Origin: an uncultured Eubacteriales bacterium
Lineage (GTDB): Bacteria; Bacillota; Clostridia; Oscillospirales; QAMX01
Assembly: GCA_905205975.1 (NCBI GenBank)
Contig: CAJLFQ010000001.1
Coordinates: forward strand, 598 to 64,597
Direction of reading: 5' to 3'
Length of the DNA stretch: 64,000 bases
This document shows positions 39,130-47,610 of the stretch, in pieces. A program made the position numbers and the translations under genes. The number at the start of each line of letters is the position of its first letter. The stretch's first letter is position 1. The notes below the pieces were generated by a model. That model saw only the letters and a list, made by a program, of their open reading frames with translations. It was not told where the DNA came from and searched no databases.

Positions 39130-40509
39130 TTACTGGATGCCTGGGATCGACGGCAGCGAGTCAAATCCGCGCTGCAAGTCTTCGTCAGTCGGAATGTAGT
39201 CCGTCATGGTGCCGTTGTTGTATGCCATGTAGGCCGTCATGTCGAAGTACCCGGTGCCGGTCAGACCAAAGAGAATGTCTTTCTTTTCGCCGGTTTCGCG
39301 GCACTTGATGGCTTCGTCAATGGCGGCACGGATGGCGTGGGACGATTCCGGCGCGGGCAGGGTGCCTTCGCAGCGGGCGAACATGGTCGCCGCTTCAAAG
39401 ACCTTTGTCTGCTCATAGGAGCGTGCTTCGTCGAGGTAGCCGTCATGGTAGAGCTTGGAGAGCACGGGGCTCATGCCGTGATAGCGGAGGCCGCCCGCGT
39501 GGTTCGGCGAGGGGATGAATTTGCTGCCCAGCGTATACATCCGCATGAGCGGCGTGATGTGGCCGGTGTCGCCGAAGTCATAGGCGTAGCGCCCGCGGGT
39601 CAGGGACGGGCAGGAAGCCGGTTCCACGGCGATGAAGTAGGGCTTTGCCCGGCCGTTCAGCCGGTCGGCCATATACGGTGCGATCAGTCCGCCGAGGTTG
39701 GAGCCGCCGCCTGCGCAACCGATGATGATGTCGGGGTAGACGTCGTATTTGTCGAGCGCCGCTTTTGCTTCCAGACCGATGATGGACTGGTGCAGGGCGA
39801 CGTGATCCAGCACGGAACCCAGCACATAGCGGCAGTTGGGCGTGGTCGTGGCGACTTCAACGGCTTCGGAGATGGCGCAGCCCAAGCTGCCGGACGTCCC
39901 AGGGAACTCGGCTAAGATTTCGCGGCCGACGTTCGTCGTATTCGAAGGAGAGGGGATAACATGTGCGCCGTACGTTTCCATGACGGCCTTGCGGTACGGC
40001 TTCTGCTCGGCAGAGCCTTTGACCATGTAAACGGTGACGTCAAGGCCGAAATAAGCGCCGGCCATCGACAGCGCGGTGCCCCACTGCCCGGCGCCGGTTT
40101 CCGTCGTCACACGGGTCAGCCCCTGCTTCTTGGCGTAATAGGCCTGCGCTGCGGCGGAATTCAGCTTGTGAGAGCCGGATGTGTTGCTGCCCTCAAATTT
40201 ATAGAAGATGCGCGCCGGCGTATCGAGCAGCTTCTCAAGGCAGTACGCGCGGACGACCGGCGACGGACGGTACATCCGGTAGAAGGAACGGATCTCTTCC
40301 GGAATCGGGATTTCACGGTCGGTGCTGTTCAGCTCCATGTCAACGAGCTCATCGCAGAAAACGGGCAGCAGGTCTTCCCGCGTGCAGGGTGTCAAACGGC
40401 CGGGGTGGATAAAGGGGTCGTGCTGCTCTTTCATATCGGCTTTGATATTGTACCATGCCTTCGGCATCTCGGATTCTTCCAGATAAATTTTGTAGGGGAT
40501 GTCTTTCAT
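39130..40509 (-). CDS. TrpB2-type tryptophan synthase beta-like PLP enzyme (stand-alone)
   Basis: Start trimmed to ATG 40509 (RBS aaaggag); the ORF-track extension covers the T-box leader. MKDIPYKIYLEESEMPKAWYN ... FEGSNTSGSHKLNSA ... TETGAGQWGTALS ... GGGSNLGG. No trpA lies adjacent. Confidence 0.85.
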   Translation of the reverse strand: MKDIPYKIYLEESEMPKAWYNIKADMKEQHDPFIHPGRLTPCTREDLLPVFCDELVDMELNSTDREIPIPEEIRSFYRMYRPSPVVRAYCLEKLLDTPARIFYKFEGSNTSGSHKLNSAAAQAYYAKKQGLTRVTTETGAGQWGTALSMAGAYFGLDVTVYMVKGSAEQKPYRKAVMETYGAHVIPSPSNTTNVGREILAEFPGTSGSLGCAISEAVEVATTTPNCRYVLGSVLDHVALHQSIIGLEAKAALDKYDVYPDIIIGCAGGGSNLGGLIAPYMADRLNGRAKPYFIAVEPASCPSLTRGRYAYDFGDTGHITPLMRMYTLGSKFIPSPNHAGGLRYHGMSPVLSKLYHDGYLDEARSYEQTKVFEAATMFARCEGTLPAPESSHAIRAAIDEAIKCRETGEKKDILFGLTGTGYFDMTAYMAYNNGTMTDYIPTDEDLQRGFDSLPSIPGIQ

Positions 40510-40529
40510 GTCTGTCTGCTCCTTTTTGA

Positions 40530-40890
40530 ATTGATTGCGGGACAAAAAGCAAAAGAAAACGCTTCTGTCCCAGAAAATATGGGACAGAAGCGTGATATAC
40601 ACATTCTGCGGTGCCACCCAAATTGGCGAAACGCCCGGCTCAGCCGCGTACCTCCCTGCCGATTTGGAACGATCAGAGCGAACCCTGAAACAAACGGCTT
40701 TCATACGCGCTCTTTTGGTAACGGGAAGAGACCCCGTCGGATACTACCGCGGCAGACGCCGTTTCGCTCCGCCCTCATGAGCCCATTCGCCGAAGATCCG
40801 CCCGCCGCACTCGCACCAATGTGCCGCTCTCTGAAGGGGTTCCCATTCGGGTACTTCTCTCAATCACAGGTTTGAAACGTATCAAACGTT
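40530..40890 (-). promoter_or_regulatory. T-box riboswitch leader, specifier UGG (Trp)
   Basis: All read on the minus strand:
- Stem I GA/AGUA elements (gagagaagta).
- Distal AGAGAG ... GGTGCGAG motifs.
- Specifier loop cGAA-UGG-g (codon at plus 40783-40785).
- Conserved T-box aatttGGGTGGcACCGCag (plus 40606-40626), overlapping the 5' side of the terminator. Confidence 0.85.
40551..40593 (-). terminator. T-box expression-platform terminator
   Basis: Minus strand reads acgcttctgtccca-tattttc-tgggacagaagcgt followed by tttcttttgc. Confidence 0.85.
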
Positions 40891-40896
40891 GAATAT

Positions 40897-40925
40897 AGCA
40901 TAGCACAACGCGATTCGTTTGTCAA
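40897..40925 (-). promoter_or_regulatory. Sigma-A promoter of the T-box/trpB2 unit (TTGACA-17-TGcTATGCT)
   Basis: Minus strand reads cttgacaaacgaatcgcgttgtgctatgctatattc. The -35 is at 40920-40925 and the -10 at 40897-40902. Confidence 0.6.
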
Positions 40926-40952
40926 GCGGGTTTTCAGAATTTCCAAAAAAAC

Positions 40953-41447
40953 TTACCGCCGCCGCGGGTACAGGGCGACAGCCAATACGGTCCCGGCGAC
41001 CAGCAGCACCAGCCCGACGATCCAGAGGACGGTGAAAATGGGGTTGAGCGGGCTGCCGGAAGCGGCAAACGGATAGGAGCGATCGACGGAACGCCATGCT
41101 GAACCGAGCAGGAAACGCCCCAAAAGCCCAAACAGGGTCAGCGCCGCCCCCGGCAGCGCCAATACACGGATGCCGAACATCCAGCCCCACTGCCGGAAGC
41201 CGCGCTTTTTCGGCGGTTGAGCGGGCGCTCGGGATACCGCTTCCGGCAGCGGCGCGTCCGACAGCAGCCAGTCTGCCGAAACGTGAAATTCGGCGGCCAG
41301 CAGCCGCAGCCGGGCAAGATCCGGCTCTGCGCCGCCTGATTCCCAAAGGGATACGGTTTCTGGAGAAACGCCGAGACGCTCCGCCAAAGTCTCGGGTGAA
41401 AGGCCCGCCGCAGTGCGGCAGGCACAGATCTTTTCGCTCAATTTCAT
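40953..41447 (-). CDS. XRE-family HTH protein with C-terminal transmembrane segments
   Basis: Start trimmed to ATG 41447. HTH LSPETLAERLGVSPETVSLWESGGAEPDLARLRLLAAEFHVSADWLL, then two or three hydrophobic helices. Confidence 0.75.
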   Translation of the reverse strand: MKLSEKICACRTAAGLSPETLAERLGVSPETVSLWESGGAEPDLARLRLLAAEFHVSADWLLSDAPLPEAVSRAPAQPPKKRGFRQWGWMFGIRVLALPGAALTLFGLLGRFLLGSAWRSVDRSYPFAASGSPLNPIFTVLWIVGLVLLVAGTVLAVALYPRRR

Positions 41448-41552
41448 AGAAATCCCCTTTTCGCGGCGGTCTTTGCGGCCTCTGCGGTGCGATACCTGTA
41501 TTATATCAAAAAGAGGGCCGGAAAACAAGCGGTTTCGGCCGGAGACTGCGGC

Positions 41553-41581
41553 TTGACAAACGAAAAGAGACATGCTATAAT
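41553..41581 (+). promoter_or_regulatory. Consensus sigma-A promoter (TTGACA-17-TGcTATAAT) for the TetR gene
   Basis: TTGACA 41553-41558, 17-nt spacer, TATAAT 41576-41581. Followed by the GTTATGCA-N6-GTTATGCA direct repeat (41589-41610). Confidence 0.7.
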
Positions 41582-41635
41582 TACTTACGTTATGCATCGC
41601 TTGTTATGCAACTGACCAAGAAGGAGGCGGAGCCT

Positions 41636-42253
41636 GTGCCGCCGAAAGTGAAATTCACAAAAGATGAGATTGTTCAGGCCGCGCTGGAAGTGGCGCGGAA
41701 AAAGGGCGCGGCCGGCGTTACCACGCGGGACATCGCCGCGGTGCTCGGCGTTTCGACCCGGCCGGTCTTCACGCATTTCCGCTCCATGCAGGAGCTTCGT
41801 CAGGCCATGCAGGATGCGGCGAAGGAAATCTGCTTCGGATACCTGAACGAGGGCCTGCGGGCGAAAATCCCATTCTACGGGTTTGGAACGCAATACATCC
41901 GCTTTGCCCGGGAAGAGCCGGAGCTCTACCGGATGCTGTTTCTCGGCGGCGACGGCGCGCCGGAAGCCATGCGCGAAACGCAGAAAATCGCAGAGGCGTC
42001 CATCTGCCGTTTTTATGAAATGAACGCTGCGGCGGCCGAACGGTATTTCCGCGATCTGTGGCTGCCTGTCCACGCGATGGCGACGTTGATCGTCACCGGC
42101 GGCTGTACATACAGCGACGACGAAATCAATGCGATTCTGTCGGAAATCAGCTTGGCCGTCTGCAAGGCGATCAAAGAAATCCCCGGCTTTGCGGAAGGCA
42201 AATATGACCGGAATGAGGAATTCCGCAAGCTCATCGCCGAACGTGCTGTATGA
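41636..42253 (+). CDS. TetR/AcrR family transcriptional regulator
   Basis: GTG 41636 lies 8 nt after aaggagg (41621-41627); the ORF track starts at ATG 41606, which has no RBS. HTH FTKDEIVQAALEVARKKGAAGVTTRDIAAVLGVSTRPVFTHF. Confidence 0.8.
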   Translation: MPPKVKFTKDEIVQAALEVARKKGAAGVTTRDIAAVLGVSTRPVFTHFRSMQELRQAMQDAAKEICFGYLNEGLRAKIPFYGFGTQYIRFAREEPELYRMLFLGGDGAPEAMRETQKIAEASICRFYEMNAAAAERYFRDLWLPVHAMATLIVTGGCTYSDDEINAILSEISLAVCKAIKEIPGFAEGKYDRNEEFRKLIAERAV

Positions 42254-42305
42254 AACCGGGCCAAACGGTGCAAAACAAACAAAAATGAACACGAGGTGGA
42301 TCCAC

Positions 42306-42881
42306 ATGAAACGAATGCATGTCATCCTGCGGCTGCTGACCGCAGCTGCGCTGCTGCTTGGCGCGGTCTTGCTGACCGGCTGCGCCGCCGAAACCATCAA
42401 AAAACCGGCGTCAACCACGGAAACCGAACCGAACGCGACGGAGACGACGCCGTCTCTCCCGGCGGGAACAGAACAAACGACGCCGCCTGCGATTCCGTTT
42501 GCAGACGGTCAGCTGTATGCCGTCGCCTATGCGGGATTCGACGAACCGGAAGCGCTGGACACATGGATTGAGACGTATCTGAACGGCGAACGCCCCGAAA
42601 CGGTCGAAATTTCCGATGGTGAATATTATCTCGTCATCCCGAGAAATCCGGGGACGATGCTCCGCGTGCTCAAAGAAGACTTTGACACCGGCGAAAAGAG
42701 CGTGGCCTATGAGGATCCGGACGGCAAGCCCATCATCCTCCACTGCAACGCGAGCGACATCTTTTTTGACGCCGACGTCGAGCTGACGGATGCCGCCGGA
42801 ACGGTTTCCTTCACGCCGTATATTTCCCCGCGGGACGGCGCAATTGAAATCGGAGAACACGGCCTTCTGCTGACAAAGTGA
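42306..42881 (+). CDS. Hypothetical lipoprotein
   Basis: Start trimmed to ATG 42306 (RBS gaggtgg). Signal peptide with lipobox LLTGC, a Thr/Pro/Glu-rich linker, then a globular part with no motif I recognise. Confidence 0.65.
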   Translation: MKRMHVILRLLTAAALLLGAVLLTGCAAETIKKPASTTETEPNATETTPSLPAGTEQTTPPAIPFADGQLYAVAYAGFDEPEALDTWIETYLNGERPETVEISDGEYYLVIPRNPGTMLRVLKEDFDTGEKSVAYEDPDGKPIILHCNASDIFFDADVELTDAAGTVSFTPYISPRDGAIEIGEHGLLLTK

Positions 42882-42885
42882 CCAA

Positions 42886-42918
42886 AGCACCCGGGACACC
42901 TGTCCCGGGTGCTTTTTA
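42886..42918 (+). terminator. Rho-independent terminator
   Basis: agcacccgggaca pairs with tgtcccgggtgct, followed by TTTTT. Confidence 0.8.
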
Positions 42919-43039
42919 TAGGGTTCCGAGCGGAAAACGGACGGAAACAGATGCATTTTTCAGCAGAATATGCTATAATAAAGGGAAGAGAGAAGCCGCA
43001 GGATCAAAGCCTCAGCGGCATATTCAAGGAGGTCAAACC

Positions 43040-43741
43040 ATGAACAAACAGTTTTGTGGCAATTGCGGATCCGAAATCGACCCCGGCACATCCTTCTGTC
43101 CGTCCTGCGGGACGCGCGTGCAGCAGGAAGCACAACCCGTGCAGCAGGCGTATCCGCAGCCGGTTCCGGCGAAAAAACCGATCGACAAAAAAGCGGTGCT
43201 TGGCATTGCCGGCGGTGTTGCGGTTCTCGCGCTCATCATCGTGCTGATCTGTGTTTTTTCAGGCAGCGGCCCTGCAGGCGACGTGCTGAAAAATTACCGC
43301 TATCGCGATATCGTCGGGAACTACGACGGCGAAGTGACCGTGCAGCGGGTCAAAGTGGGCGGCGACTATGCGGAGATCGCCGAATTTGTCGGCCTGTATG
43401 ACAAAGCGGAGCTCAAAGAGCTGGAAGATACCCAGCTGGATGCCCGCATTACCCTGGATGACGATTCGCTCTCCATTCGGACGGGCGCGCTTTTTCTCTC
43501 CTCCAGCAGCCTGACCATCAACGATCTGGAATTTGTCAAGGGCCGCGCCGAAGGCAAACTGGTCGATGAAGACGATGACGGCAACAAAATGACGATTACA
43601 TACGACCTGACGCTCCACGAAGGCAGCCGGAAAGATACCGATTACCGGATTTACGGCACCATTCAGGTCTCCTACACCGTAAAAATGCTGAAGGCAAAAT
43701 GCACCTATTCGTGCAAGATTCTGGTGGACTGCGAACAGTAA
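43040..43741 (+). CDS. Zinc-ribbon membrane protein of unknown function
   Basis: Start trimmed to ATG 43040 (RBS aaggagg). N-terminal CGNCGSEIDPGTSFCPSCG zinc ribbon, one TM helix (AVLGIAGGVAVLALIIVLICVF), then an extracytoplasmic domain. Confidence 0.7.
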   Translation: MNKQFCGNCGSEIDPGTSFCPSCGTRVQQEAQPVQQAYPQPVPAKKPIDKKAVLGIAGGVAVLALIIVLICVFSGSGPAGDVLKNYRYRDIVGNYDGEVTVQRVKVGGDYAEIAEFVGLYDKAELKELEDTQLDARITLDDDSLSIRTGALFLSSSSLTINDLEFVKGRAEGKLVDEDDDGNKMTITYDLTLHEGSRKDTDYRIYGTIQVSYTVKMLKAKCTYSCKILVDCEQ

Positions 43742-43777
43742 CCGCATAGAAAATGCGGCGCCGCGCTGGAGGTGCGC

Positions 43778-45079
43778 ATGAAATTATCCGGATTTCAGAC
43801 CCGCGGCCTAATTGAGGGCTTCTACGGAACCCCATGGCGGATGCAGGACCGGCGGCTTGTTTTGGAAAAGCTGGCGGCCCGGGGCATCAACGCCTATTTC
43901 TACGGCCCAAAAGACGATCCGCTGCACCGCGAACGCTGGCGGGCGCTCTATCCGCCGGACGGCGGCATGCTGCCGGAGATGATCGCGCTTGCCGAAGCCA
44001 ACGGCATGTCGTTCTGCTATCTGCTGGCGCCCGGCTTGGATATCCGCTATACGTCCGAGGCCGATCTTGCGGCAATCGAACGGAAATACGCGCAGGTGTA
44101 CCGCTTCGGCGTCCGCCGGTTCGGGCTCCTGCTCGACGATCTGGAACAGGCATCCTGTTATCCGGCGGATGCAGCAGCGTATCCGACACAGGCGGAAGCG
44201 CATGCCGCGCTGGCAAACCGCGTTTTCCGCATGCTCACGGCGCTCGACCCGCAAAATACGCTCGTCGTCTGCCCGACCCAATACTGGGGCAGCCCGGATA
44301 CGCCGTATCTGCGGACGCTGAGCCGGAGCCTTCCGGCGGCGGTCGATTTCTTTTACACCGGCAGCCGGATCTGTTCCGCCGAACTGACGGCGGCGGACGC
44401 GGAAGCATTTCAGACCGCCACCGGCCGCCAGCCGCTTTTCTGGGACAATTACCCGGTCAACGACGCCGAAATGGTGGATGAGCTGCACTTGGCGCCGTAT
44501 GCCGGGCGGGCACCGGAGCTGGCGGGCAAATGCCGCGGCATTGTGCTGAACCCGATGGAATTCGCGCATTTGTCGCTGATCCCGCTGCTGACGGCGGCGG
44601 ATTTTCTGAACGATCCGACAGGCTATCAGCCGGAAAAAAGCTTCGACCGCGCCGTTTGTGAAACGGTCGGGGCGGAACTTCTTCCGGCTGTCCGGCGGCT
44701 GGCCGAATTCTGCTGGAAATCCTGTCTGACACACAGCGGCTTTCACTACCGGTATGACGCGCCAACCGGCCGGAACGCCTCGTTTGAGGCGGCATATGAA
44801 GCCGGAACAGATGTGCTGTGCGCCTATGTCCGCGAGAGCAGGCGGCTTTTTCAGCGGCTGGATGCGTCGGCGCCGGCGGCATTCCGCAAAGAATGTCAAA
44901 GATGGCTCGATACGGCCGCGGCATTCTGTACCGCGGCGGAAAACCTGCTGGCCGCAGGCGACGATACGGCACTGCGGTCATACCTCTACCGCCCGGAAGA
45001 CGTGATGAAGCCGGAAGCGGCGCGCATTCTTGCGCTGTCCGCCCGCGAAACACCGCAAAAAAGGAAAGACAACCGATGA
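43778..45079 (+). CDS. GH84 beta-N-acetylglucosaminidase (O-GlcNAcase-like), no signal peptide
   Basis: GLIEGFYGTPW, YFYGPKDDPLHRERW, catalytic-pair context FGLLLDDL, FWDNYPVND. ATG 43778 follows ggagg; the ORF track lists GTG 43772. Confidence 0.8.
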   Translation: MKLSGFQTRGLIEGFYGTPWRMQDRRLVLEKLAARGINAYFYGPKDDPLHRERWRALYPPDGGMLPEMIALAEANGMSFCYLLAPGLDIRYTSEADLAAIERKYAQVYRFGVRRFGLLLDDLEQASCYPADAAAYPTQAEAHAALANRVFRMLTALDPQNTLVVCPTQYWGSPDTPYLRTLSRSLPAAVDFFYTGSRICSAELTAADAEAFQTATGRQPLFWDNYPVNDAEMVDELHLAPYAGRAPELAGKCRGIVLNPMEFAHLSLIPLLTAADFLNDPTGYQPEKSFDRAVCETVGAELLPAVRRLAEFCWKSCLTHSGFHYRYDAPTGRNASFEAAYEAGTDVLCAYVRESRRLFQRLDASAPAAFRKECQRWLDTAAAFCTAAENLLAAGDDTALRSYLYRPEDVMKPEAARILALSARETPQKRKDNR

Positions 45080-45774
45080 TTGAAAAAATTTATACCATCC
45101 CCATCAACGAAGCGTTTGAAGAAAAGTGCGGCTGCCCGGTCTGCCGCCTCTATGCCCGTGCCCGCGAAAAGGCGCTCGACTACATCACCGGCTCCGCCAT
45201 GATGGAACCGACCGTCCGCATTCAAAGCAACGAAGAGGGCTTCTGCCGCGAACATCTCGCCGATATGCTTGCGATGAAAACGAAGCTGAGCCTCGGACTA
45301 ATGCTCGAAAGCCGGCTCGACGAAGTGCAGAAGCAGGTCTTCCGCAACGCAAAAGGTCTGTTCGGCAAGGGCTATGACGGTGAAAAACTGGCCGCCGCCG
45401 CCCGCAAGGCGCAGAAAAGCTGCTTTGTCTGCAACCGCATCGCCGACGATATGGAGCATTACATCAAGAATATCGTCTTCCTTTGGAAGAGCGAGCCGGA
45501 TTTCCGGCGGCTCTTTGACGAACAGGAAGGCTTCTGCCTGCCGCATCTGGCCGATCTGCTGGAAGTGGCGCTGAAAAAGCTGCCGAAGAAGGAGCAGTTT
45601 GACTTTGTTCAGGCCGCCGCCGGACGTGCCGCCGCCATGCATGACGGCGTCCGCGAAGACCTGGCGGCGTTCACGAAGAGCTTTGATTATCGGAACGCCG
45701 ACGTCAAAGTGACCGATCGTGTCAAGCTGGCCGTCGAGCGTACGGCCGATTACCTCTCCGCCGGAAAGAAATAA
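45076..45774 (+). CDS. Cys-rich DUF6062-like protein with internal two-fold repeat
   Basis: Start ATG 45076 overlaps the GH84 stop (ATGA). CGCPVC ... EGFCREHLADML and CFVC ... EGFCLPHLADLL form two similar half-sites. Confidence 0.6.
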   Translation: MIEKIYTIPINEAFEEKCGCPVCRLYARAREKALDYITGSAMMEPTVRIQSNEEGFCREHLADMLAMKTKLSLGLMLESRLDEVQKQVFRNAKGLFGKGYDGEKLAAAARKAQKSCFVCNRIADDMEHYIKNIVFLWKSEPDFRRLFDEQEGFCLPHLADLLEVALKKLPKKEQFDFVQAAAGRAAAMHDGVREDLAAFTKSFDYRNADVKVTDRVKLAVERTADYLSAGKK

Positions 45775-45819
45775 AGACCGCATGCGCCCCGTGCGAATCC
45801 GAATCACCGTGAAAATGCG

Positions 45820-45865
45820 CAATCCATCGCAATCCATCGACGCAATCCATCGACACAATCCATCG
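45820..45865 (+). repeat. Four direct copies of CAATCCATCG
   Basis: Copies at 45820-45829, 45830-45839, 45843-45852 and 45856-45865. The run ends 15 nt before the GH2 start codon. Confidence 0.8.
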
Positions 45866-45880
45866 AAAGGAAAACGAACA

Positions 45881-47608
45881 ATGACAACTCAAAACATTCC
45901 CCGCCCGGAACATCCGGAACCGCAGCTCGCCCGTGAAGCATGGATCAATCTGAACGGCGACTGGGCCTTTGAAATGGACTTTGGCCGCAGCGGCCGTGAA
46001 CGCGGCCTGACCGCGGCGGAGACGCTCCAGCAGACCATCCGCGTCCCGTTCTGCCCGGAAAGCCGCCTGAGCGGCATCGCATATACCGATTTTATGCCGG
46101 CCGTCTGGTACACGCGGACGGTTGCACTGCCGGAAAGCTGGCAGGCATCCGGCCGCGTCCTGCTGCACTTCGGCGCCGTCGACTACGCGGCGGAAGTTTG
46201 GGTCAACGGCGTATCTGCCGGGACGCACCGCGGCGGATACAGCCCGTTTGTCCTCGACGTGACGAAACTGCTGACCCTTGGCGAAAACCGCATTACCGTC
46301 TGCGCGGAAGACGATGTCCGCAGCTATACGCAGCCCGCGGGCAAACAGTCCACCCGGTATCATTCCTATGAATGCAGCTACACGCGGACGACCGGCATCT
46401 GGCAGACCGTCTGGATGGAACACGTCCCGGAGACGTATGTCCATGCGCTGCGCGTGACGCCGGACGTCGCCAATGAATGCGCGCATGTCACCGTTCTGCT
46501 CAACGGTACTGCCGCTGAAGCGACGGAAGTGACCGTGACGGCCTCGTATGAGGGCGCAGAAAAGGCAAAGAAGACCGTCCATGCCCACTGGCGCACCGCC
46601 GAGCTGACGCTCGATCTCCCGGCGCCGGAACTGTGGGAACCGGGCTGCGGCCGCCTGTATGACCTGACGGTTTCGCTGTCCACCGGCGACTGTGTGCAGA
46701 GCTACTTCGGCATGCGCGACGTCGATCTCGACGGCAAAGCCATGCGCATCAACGGGAAGATCGTCTTCCAGCGCCTCATTCTCGATCAGGGCTTCTACCC
46801 GGACGGCATCTATACGGCGCCGAATGACGGCGAACTGCGCGCCGACATCGAACGCTCCATGGCGATGGGCTTCAACGGCGCGCGCCTGCACCAGAAGGTC
46901 TTTGAACCGCGCTTCCTCTATTGGGCGGATAAGCTCGGCTATCTCTGCTGGGATGAACACGCCAACTGGATGCTCGATATTTCCAACGAAGCGGCGCTGC
47001 TCCGCTTCCTGCCGGAGTGGGAAGAAGTCGTCGAACGTGATTACAGCCACCCCTGCATCGTCGGTTGGTGTCCACTGAACGAAACGCAGCGCAACCAGAA
47101 CCGCGATTTCATCGCCGCCGTCTACCATGCGACCCGCCGTCTGGATCCGACGCGCCCGATCATTGACACCAGCGGCTGGCATCACGTCATCACCGACGTC
47201 TTCGATACGCACGACTATACGCAGGACGCGGCCAGATTCGCCGAAAACCATCAGCCGGCCACCGAAGGCCGCTGCCCGGTCGCCAATGAAGTCACAAAAG
47301 ACGTCTGGACGGGCGAAATCCCGTACTTCGTCAGCGAATTCGGCGGCGCGCGCTGGTCACAGCAGACAGAGGGCTGGGGCTACGGCGACGGCCCGAAGAC
47401 CGTCGCGGAATTCATCGAACGCTATGACGGGCTTGTCACGGCGCTGCTGGAGAATCCGTCCGTCTGCGCGTTCTGCTATACGCAGCTCACCGACGTCGAA
47501 CAGGAGCAGAACGGTCTCTATACCTATGACCGTCAGGCAAAGTTCGATCCGGCTGCCATCCGCGCCTGCACGGCCAAACCGGCCGCCATCGAACGGGAGA
47601 AGAACTGA
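45881..47608 (+). CDS. Glycoside hydrolase family 2-like enzyme (beta-galactosidase/glucuronidase type), cytoplasmic
   Basis: Start trimmed to ATG 45881. LNGDWAFEMDF, AEVWVNGVSAGTHRGGYSPFVLDVT, GFNGARLHQKVFEPRFLYWADKLGYLCWDE, WCPLNE. Confidence 0.8.
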   Translation: MTTQNIPRPEHPEPQLAREAWINLNGDWAFEMDFGRSGRERGLTAAETLQQTIRVPFCPESRLSGIAYTDFMPAVWYTRTVALPESWQASGRVLLHFGAVDYAAEVWVNGVSAGTHRGGYSPFVLDVTKLLTLGENRITVCAEDDVRSYTQPAGKQSTRYHSYECSYTRTTGIWQTVWMEHVPETYVHALRVTPDVANECAHVTVLLNGTAAEATEVTVTASYEGAEKAKKTVHAHWRTAELTLDLPAPELWEPGCGRLYDLTVSLSTGDCVQSYFGMRDVDLDGKAMRINGKIVFQRLILDQGFYPDGIYTAPNDGELRADIERSMAMGFNGARLHQKVFEPRFLYWADKLGYLCWDEHANWMLDISNEAALLRFLPEWEEVVERDYSHPCIVGWCPLNETQRNQNRDFIAAVYHATRRLDPTRPIIDTSGWHHVITDVFDTHDYTQDAARFAENHQPATEGRCPVANEVTKDVWTGEIPYFVSEFGGARWSQQTEGWGYGDGPKTVAEFIERYDGLVTALLENPSVCAFCYTQLTDVEQEQNGLYTYDRQAKFDPAAIRACTAKPAAIEREKN

Positions 47609-47610
47609 CG

